Below, in pieces: positions 57,842 through 64,000 of a stretch of 64,000 nt of DNA; the first letter of the stretch is position 1; each line of letters begins with the position of its first letter. The stretch comes from Euryarchaeota archaeon UBA125 (GTDB lineage: Archaea > Thermoplasmatota > Poseidoniia > Poseidoniales > Thalassarchaeaceae): assembly GCA_002502625.1 (NCBI GenBank), contig DAPV01000035.1, positions 6,279-70,278 on the forward strand, given 5' to 3'. Below the pieces are notes generated by a model. It searched no databases, was not told the DNA's origin, and worked only from the letters and a program-made list of their open reading frames with translations. The position numbers were made by a program, and so were the translations under genes.

Positions 57842-59104
57842 TTGGCTCGAAGGGAGCCCATGGCATTATTGTGGGAAAGAACACATAGTGTGTTATCTTC
57901 ATGTATAGAAGAGGGAGTGAAATTTGCTCCGCTTCCTTCACCGCCATACCTATTCGAAGAGATGCCTGTTGTTCAACCGAAACCGGATATTATTTGTCAA
58001 CAAGTAATCGGTTTGAGTTCAGTAGATAAGGCTGGATTCAGACGAATTATCGAAAATTATCTAAATTCAAATCTACCTGATTATGTTAAACGTTCAATTG
58101 ATGAAGAGCGAGCATTGGACCAGTATATTTACGATTCAATTGATATGTTAATTGATAAATTTCTAATCGCACGAATATCTGAGTGGTTTAGATCGGGGCT
58201 AGATTGCGAGGTTCCAGATACAGATCGATGGTGGTGGGCAGTTGCTCTATTTGTTGGAGTAAGTATTCGGCGACCAAAAGCAATCCTAGATGATGGATTT
58301 CACCTCTTAGAGTCTATCACATTAGGGTCTCCACCAGGTCAATGGCAAACTAAAGCGCAGAAGGGCCCTCATCTGGTTGATTGGAATGGAATAGATGATT
58401 CGGAAAATAATGTTGAGATACATGTTGATGGTGCGATAGCTGCAGCGTGGATACTTGATACTCTAAATGCTGAGAAAATGTTGATTGAAAGATGGTGGCC
58501 AGAAATAATCAATCGAACACACTTGTACGTCCCACTAAGAATGAATGAAAGGTTGAATCTTTCTATCGGAAAGAAAGAATACTTGGATGTGCATCTAAAT
58601 TGTATTTCTCACCTTGTAATTCAGGATTTAGACTTAACATATACATTAATTGGAAAATTATTAGAGGAAATTGATTTAAAAAATCTAGCAAAAATGGTTT
58701 CTATTTCAGAAAGGATTTCGTTTCATTCCATTGATATTTCTTTGCAATTAATTGATGCCGGGTTTGAACGAGGAGGGGACGCGGCTGTGATTGCTCAGAG
58801 TGCGTTGAGTGCCTTAGCAGCACACGACGAACAGGCATTTTTGAGTCGTGTTGAAGTTGCTGCTTATCATACTGATATACGCTCAAAAAGGAAATTTGTT
58901 CAAAGTGGTTTGAGAATCCTAATGCAAATTGATCCAAATGATTCTCGATCCATTTTAATAAATTCATTAATAGAAAATGATGAGGTTTCAAGAGTAAGAT
59001 TACGTCGTTTTGCAATTGAAATGTGTGAAATAAATCCTAGTTCCAAGGAAAAAGTTGTCAAGGCATTAGAAGAGCATGTAATGGATGTTGATTGGTTACA
59101 CTAA
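57842..59104 (+). CDS. Hypothetical protein with C-terminal HEAT-like helical repeats
   Basis: 420-aa ORF preceded by SD GAGGTGA; helical C-terminal half. Confidence 0.7.
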   Translation: MARREPMALLWERTHSVLSSCIEEGVKFAPLPSPPYLFEEMPVVQPKPDIICQQVIGLSSVDKAGFRRIIENYLNSNLPDYVKRSIDEERALDQYIYDSIDMLIDKFLIARISEWFRSGLDCEVPDTDRWWWAVALFVGVSIRRPKAILDDGFHLLESITLGSPPGQWQTKAQKGPHLVDWNGIDDSENNVEIHVDGAIAAAWILDTLNAEKMLIERWWPEIINRTHLYVPLRMNERLNLSIGKKEYLDVHLNCISHLVIQDLDLTYTLIGKLLEEIDLKNLAKMVSISERISFHSIDISLQLIDAGFERGGDAAVIAQSALSALAAHDEQAFLSRVEVAAYHTDIRSKRKFVQSGLRILMQIDPNDSRSILINSLIENDEVSRVRLRRFAIEMCEINPSSKEKVVKALEEHVMDVDWLH

Positions 59105-62100
59105 TCATGAACAACCTGTGGTTTCGCCACATTCATTACATTTCAAACAGGTTCCATTACGAACCATCTGACTACTTCCACAAGTTGTACAAATATCTCC
59201 GGTGAATCCCATGGCACGAGCCGATTCAGCCACTGAATATGTAGTGTCGCTTTCGACTTCAACCTTCAGTGGGACTTCTTCATATTCATCTATTGTATCG
59301 ATTGTTGGCGATACCATCATATCAACATCAAGAGTTGTCTGAATATTGCGTTGATGTCCTACATTTCTAGCAATTCCGTCAGGAGTATGTTCTGGTCGAC
59401 TAATGGAAGTTGAGTCAAGATCTTCAGCCAAAACGTGGGATAAATCGTCACGATTCAAATGATTAATTGCTAACTCTCTGAATATATAATCAACAATAGA
59501 GGTGGCCATTTTTACACGACCTGAACCGCCAGAAACCATTCCACTTGGTTCAAACTTTTGGAAAGTGAATGATTTCACAAATGCATCCAATGGAACACCA
59601 TATTGTAGCCCTATTGAAACTGCGATTGCAAACTGATTCAACAATGAACGCCAGGCCATTCCTTCCTTCGAAGTTGTTAGCATAATCTCCCCGAGTCGGC
59701 CGTCTTCATACATACTTGAAGAAAGATAAACGGTATGTCCACCAACACGCGCCTTCATGGTCTTAGATTCTCTAACGTCTGGAAGTGGGCGACGGGTTGC
59801 GATATAATTGTGAACATATGCATCTGCTAAGGGCTTAGCTTGTTCAGCAGGCAATGGGAGTGCTTCAATCACTTGTTGTACAGCATTCTCTGTTGTTATG
59901 GTAGATGATTCATTTACATCTTCTTGGTCCATGGATGATGTATCGACTAATTTATTCATCAATGGTTGAGATAATTTGCTTTGATCTCTGTAAACTGCTG
60001 TTGCCTTATTCATAGTTGAGTGTGATAAATTGTACACTTCACGTATATCGTCAATGGTTGCAGAAGATGGAAGATTAACAGTCTTCGATATTGCGCCTGA
60101 GATGAATGGTTGTGCAGCAGCCATCATTCTAACATGAGCCGGCCATGCAATAGAGCGTTCGCCATATTTTCCACAAGGAGTTGCGCAATCAAAGACTGCT
60201 AGGTGTTCTTCTTTCAAATTCGGTGCGCCTTCGATTGTCATTCGTCCAAAGACATAGTCGTTTGCTGCATCGATTTCTGAGGGTGAAAATCCAATGTGTT
60301 TCAATACATCGAAGAATGGGTTGTCGAGTTGATCTTGATTCAAACCAAGTACGTTAGTACAGAAATCAGTGCCCAATGTATTGGCATTGAAAGCGCCTCG
60401 GATATCATAAGCAGCACCGATTGAATCCTCTATCATTGCAAATTCTGCTTCTCCAAATCCTGCCTTTGTCAAACGTTCACGAGAAATACTTGAGCATCCT
60501 TCGATGCTTTTACTCCCCATCACATATGATTCAATTTCATCGATTTGATTATCGTCATATCCTAATTCAGTGAGAGCTAACTTGACTCCATTGTTGATTA
60601 TTTTCAACATACCTCCACCAGCAAGAGATTTGAATTGAACTAAGGAAAATGATGGTTCGACACCAGTAGTATCACAATTCATTACAAGACCAATGGTTCC
60701 TGTTGGAGCGATTACTGTTGTTTGTGCATTTCTAAAACCAAATTCAGTTCCTAGGTTAAGAGCTCGGTCCCACGTATCTCTCGCAGCATCCAATAAATCA
60801 TCTGGGCATAATTCTGCATCAATACCTAATGGTTTTACTGAAAGTCCAACATATTCTTTTGATTCAACATCATATGCTGCACGACGATGGTTTTGAATTA
60901 CTCGAAGCATGTGTTCCTTATTTTCTTCATATCTTTCAAAGGGTCCAAGGAAACTGGCCATCTCAGCACTTGTTGCATATGATTCACCGCACATTATCGC
61001 ACTTAATGAGCCGCAAATAGCTCTTGCCCTATCATCATCATATGGGATGCCCATATGCATCAATAAAGAGCCTAGATTACAATAGCCCAATCCTAATGTT
61101 CTGTATTCGTAAGACTTTTGAGCTATTTCTTCACTAGGGAATTGAGCCATTAATACTGAAATTTCTAATGTTGCTGTCCAAAGACGTACACTATGTTGGA
61201 AATCTTCAGTTTGGAATGTTCTTGTATCAGCATCATAATATTCGAGAAGATTGATGCTTGCTAGATTACATGCTGTATCGTCAAGGAACATATATTCTGA
61301 ACATGGATTAGACCCATTGATCCTTCCACCTTCAGGACAGGTGTGCCACTCATTAATTGTGGAATCATATTGAACTCCTGGATCTGCACATGCCCAAGCA
61401 GTGTAAGCAATTTGATCCCAAAGGTTTCTAGCGGGAAGTGTTTTACAAGGCTCAGGGTCACGGTTTTCTTTTTCAGCTGCTGATAATTCAGTACGCCAGA
61501 AAAGGTTCCAATCATCGCCAGATTCAACTGCATCCATGAAATGATTTGGTACTCTTACAGAATTGTTACTATTCTGACCAGACACGGTAATGTAGCCTTC
61601 TCCTTGCCAATCTGAATCGAACACTTCAAAGTTTACAGAGCGCCATCCTTGATTCCCAAGATCAATAATTCTCTTGATATGAGGTTCGGGGACTCCGTTC
61701 TTTACTGCGGCTACAATAGCCGACTTTAATTTTGGATTAGTACTCATATCTGAAGCTGCTATCTCTGCTTCGTCTGACCACATAGAGGACATGATTTCAG
61801 TTGCGTGTTTTTGCAAAAGTTGACTTCCGATAATTAGAGATGATACTTTCTCTTCTTCTGATGCTTTCCAATTTATGTATTCCTCGATATCGGGGTGATC
61901 TAGATCTAATGTTACCATTTTGGCTGCACGCCTAGTCGTACCACCAGACTTGATTGCGCCTGCGGCACGGTCACCAATTTTCAAAAATGAAAGAAGGCCA
62001 CTTGATCGGCCCCCGCCTGAAAGAGGTTCGTCTTTACCTCGAATATTACTGAAATTGGAACCTGTTCCTGAACCGAATTTAAACAATAGAGCTTCTCTCT

Positions 62101-62800
62101 CCCAAAGTCCCATAATTGATTCGCTTCCCCCTACTAGTGAATCGCTAACCGACTGAATGAAACATGCATGTGGCTGAGGGTGCTCATAAGAATTTGAAGA
62201 CTGTCTCATTGTTCCAGTATCAGGATCTACATACATGTGTCCTTGTGGATTGCCTTCTATTCCATAGGCCCAATGAAGGCCGGTGTTGAACCATTGTGGA
62301 CTGTTCGGAGCAGAACGTTGACTAGCTATCAAAAAGCACATTTCATCATAATATGATCTTGCATCTTCTTCTGATGCAAAATATCCGTACTTCCAACCCC
62401 AGTATGTCCATGTTCCTGCTAATCTACGGAACATTTGACGAAAATCGGTTTCGGCGATAAATCGCTCGGATGCTTCCAAATTCTGTAATTTCTCTTCATC
62501 TGGTGCAGAGCGTTGAAGCCAAGTTGGAATTCCTTCTTCAGGGACTGGTCTAAGTACTGCAGGCACCCCTGCTTTTCGAAGATATTTTTGTGCTGCAACA
62601 GTACCTGGGACTCCTTCAAATCCACTTGGGAAACATACGCCCAACATATTATCTGCCACAGTTCCATCCATGTTCCGAATTTCTAAATCAGTGGTTACCC
62701 ATTCAAAGGTTTCAAATGGATCTTCGCCAATAGTAGTAAATCTACGTTTAATCGTCATACCACTAGTTCCTTCGTTGCTATTGTTCATAGTAGTCTGCAT
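59105..62800 (-). CDS. nrdJ: Adenosylcobalamin-dependent (class II) ribonucleotide reductase
   Basis: PNSPQWFNTG, HACFI, GSGTG.N.S.IR, SGGTTRRAAKM, NPCSEY, ACNLAS.N, IAPTGTI, ISGAISKT.N and C-terminal Zn ribbon C..CG....RNG.C.KC..CG.T.GCS. SD GGAGG precedes ATG 62800. Confidence 0.97.
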   Translation of the reverse strand: MQTTMNNSNEGTSGMTIKRRFTTIGEDPFETFEWVTTDLEIRNMDGTVADNMLGVCFPSGFEGVPGTVAAQKYLRKAGVPAVLRPVPEEGIPTWLQRSAPDEEKLQNLEASERFIAETDFRQMFRRLAGTWTYWGWKYGYFASEEDARSYYDEMCFLIASQRSAPNSPQWFNTGLHWAYGIEGNPQGHMYVDPDTGTMRQSSNSYEHPQPHACFIQSVSDSLVGGSESIMGLWEREALLFKFGSGTGSNFSNIRGKDEPLSGGGRSSGLLSFLKIGDRAAGAIKSGGTTRRAAKMVTLDLDHPDIEEYINWKASEEEKVSSLIIGSQLLQKHATEIMSSMWSDEAEIAASDMSTNPKLKSAIVAAVKNGVPEPHIKRIIDLGNQGWRSVNFEVFDSDWQGEGYITVSGQNSNNSVRVPNHFMDAVESGDDWNLFWRTELSAAEKENRDPEPCKTLPARNLWDQIAYTAWACADPGVQYDSTINEWHTCPEGGRINGSNPCSEYMFLDDTACNLASINLLEYYDADTRTFQTEDFQHSVRLWTATLEISVLMAQFPSEEIAQKSYEYRTLGLGYCNLGSLLMHMGIPYDDDRARAICGSLSAIMCGESYATSAEMASFLGPFERYEENKEHMLRVIQNHRRAAYDVESKEYVGLSVKPLGIDAELCPDDLLDAARDTWDRALNLGTEFGFRNAQTTVIAPTGTIGLVMNCDTTGVEPSFSLVQFKSLAGGGMLKIINNGVKLALTELGYDDNQIDEIESYVMGSKSIEGCSSISRERLTKAGFGEAEFAMIEDSIGAAYDIRGAFNANTLGTDFCTNVLGLNQDQLDNPFFDVLKHIGFSPSEIDAANDYVFGRMTIEGAPNLKEEHLAVFDCATPCGKYGERSIAWPAHVRMMAAAQPFISGAISKTVNLPSSATIDDIREVYNLSHSTMNKATAVYRDQSKLSQPLMNKLVDTSSMDQEDVNESSTITTENAVQQVIEALPLPAEQAKPLADAYVHNYIATRRPLPDVRESKTMKARVGGHTVYLSSSMYEDGRLGEIMLTTSKEGMAWRSLLNQFAIAVSIGLQYGVPLDAFVKSFTFQKFEPSGMVSGGSGRVKMATSIVDYIFRELAINHLNRDDLSHVLAEDLDSTSISRPEHTPDGIARNVGHQRNIQTTLDVDMMVSPTIDTIDEYEEVPLKVEVESDTTYSVAESARAMGFTGDICTTCGSSQMVRNGTCLKCNECGETTGCS

Positions 62801-63066
62801 TCTTAACCCTCCTTTCACCTAATTGACATTGTACGCACTTCATATTCGCGTTGGAATTTGTTGGCTCAATCGAGGGTTATTGAATGTTCATGGCAGAGAC
62901 TGGATGAAAACACGGAACATTGGGGTTTTTGGGGTTTATCAAAATCTGCTAAAACTATATCTGTATATTGATTTTCTATATTTTGATAATTATTGATAAA
63001 ATAATTATACATTTTTCTAAAACTTCTGCGGGATGGTTTGAACAACCCCTACCCCATCCACAAATT

Positions 63067-63477
63067 ATGAGCAACGATGATGAAGATGAATATAGAGTAC
63101 CTGACAGTGGATTAGAGATGGGCGATTCGATTGAATCAGAGACGCATGATGATGTAGATCCATTTGAAGAGCTTGGTCTTGGTTCTCGTTCAAGTACATC
63201 TACAAATAAAAAGCAGGTAAGCAACGAATATGATGCTTTTTCTGATCTAATGAATGATGAATTAGAAGATGATGATACTGAGATTGAAGATATTGGAGGT
63301 AATGTTACAGAAAATGGACATTCAAAGTCAGAAAGTATCTATGTTATGTTACTTCAAACTGTATGGGTCGATGGGATATTGGATCCTGCAGAAGTTCGAT
63401 TATTATCTAAAAAAAGAGTGGAATTGAATATTACATTTGAACGTCATCTTGAATTGGTTGAAGAAGTAATTGGGTGA
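63067..63477 (+). CDS. Acidic hypothetical protein with C-terminal TerB-like half motif
   Basis: Acidic low-complexity N-terminus, then Y...L..VWVDG.L...E..LL...R..L.I....H. Confidence 0.65.
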   Translation: MSNDDEDEYRVPDSGLEMGDSIESETHDDVDPFEELGLGSRSSTSTNKKQVSNEYDAFSDLMNDELEDDDTEIEDIGGNVTENGHSKSESIYVMLLQTVWVDGILDPAEVRLLSKKRVELNITFERHLELVEEVIG

Positions 63478-63481
63478 TATT

Positions 63482-63922
63482 ATGAAGCATCCGTATACAA
63501 TTGGCCTAGAGTATGGATGGGGAGATGATGCATTGAATGTACAGGGACACAATTTACTTTCTAAACTCTCAGAAATGTTTCATTTATCATCAAAAGAAAG
63601 AGAAGAAATCGAAGTGGAATTTAATGAAACTTTACCATCTATTTCTCAAGGTGTTGGGGCTGGAAAAACAGCATTGAAAGCATATGTATCTGATTTAGAA
63701 AATTGGTTTCCAAGTCAAGGAAATAGATGTGCTCAATACTTGGGAAGAATGGCTTTAGATGTTGGAATGACGAAAAATGGGTGGAAGAGTGTATATTCTT
63801 GGATGAATTCGATTGGCCTTGGTACCAGTTTTGCTATGGGTGCGTGGATGGAAGGTGATGAATCTAAAGAAGTTGAAATTCCTGCTTTTTTTGATGATGT
63901 TGTTGCAGTATTGGGTGTTTAA
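63482..63922 (+). CDS. Hypothetical protein with N-terminal degenerate TerB-like half motif
   Basis: Y...LEYGW.D..L......LL..L...F.LS..E...IE; adjacent to the previous gene. Confidence 0.6.
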   Translation: MKHPYTIGLEYGWGDDALNVQGHNLLSKLSEMFHLSSKEREEIEVEFNETLPSISQGVGAGKTALKAYVSDLENWFPSQGNRCAQYLGRMALDVGMTKNGWKSVYSWMNSIGLGTSFAMGAWMEGDESKEVEIPAFFDDVVAVLGV

Positions 63923-64000
63923 TCCGTCTGCATTTCCAATGACCATTTGAGTGAGGTGCCTGATCTGGTAATCATATTACCAACACTGCAATATTTTTTA
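63919..64000 (-). CDS. 3' end of a probable OsmC/YhfA family protein (truncated by window edge)
   Basis: Minus frame reads KYCSVGNMITRSGTSLKWSLEMQTD*; KYCSV matches the second-Cys motif of the OsmC family. Confidence 0.55.
   Translation of the reverse strand, partial: KKYCSVGNMITRSGTSLKWSLEMQTD

Noticed and set aside
62820-63060. Cobalamin riboswitch or NrdR boxes upstream of nrdJ
   Set aside because: The region is AT-rich, with no recognisable B12-box or convincing stems by eye.
275-63946. Numerous short (60-140 aa) ORFs overlapping longer genes on either strand
   Set aside because: These are shadow ORFs of well-supported genes, with no recognisable motifs.

Overview
This is a gene-dense, AT-rich archaeal chromosome segment. 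PolD DP2, PriL, archaeal DnaG, TFB, Pcc1, a thermosome-like gene, MptE and PPS, together with many bacterial-type genes and a giant thrombospondin/beta-propeller surface protein, fit Marine Group II Euryarchaeota (Ca. Poseidoniales); the taxonomy is an inference. Most of the window is housekeeping: replication, purN/purH, eno, gcvH, nrdJ, nadC, mutY, hflX and tRNA-Cys. The main find is a co-oriented cluster at about 25.1-29.0 kb. It encodes a ThiF/E1-like enzyme fused to a Myb-like HTH, a JAB/MPN peptidase, a small acidic protein, a CYTH enzyme, a highly divergent full-length TFB paralogue, and a beta-grasp ubiquitin-like protein with a masked C-terminal Gly (…IVAG-RV). This is a candidate ubiquitin-like conjugation system linked to an alternative transcription factor. 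Other notable items: a GC-rich multi-stem leader upstream of dnaG, a mobA that appears to need a non-canonical start codon, a PIN-less PINA ATPase, a permuted LeuD-LeuC fusion, a divergent thermosome subunit, a WW-domain protein, several TerB-like proteins and zero-gap convergent gene pairs. All assignments are by eye from motifs; no searches were run.
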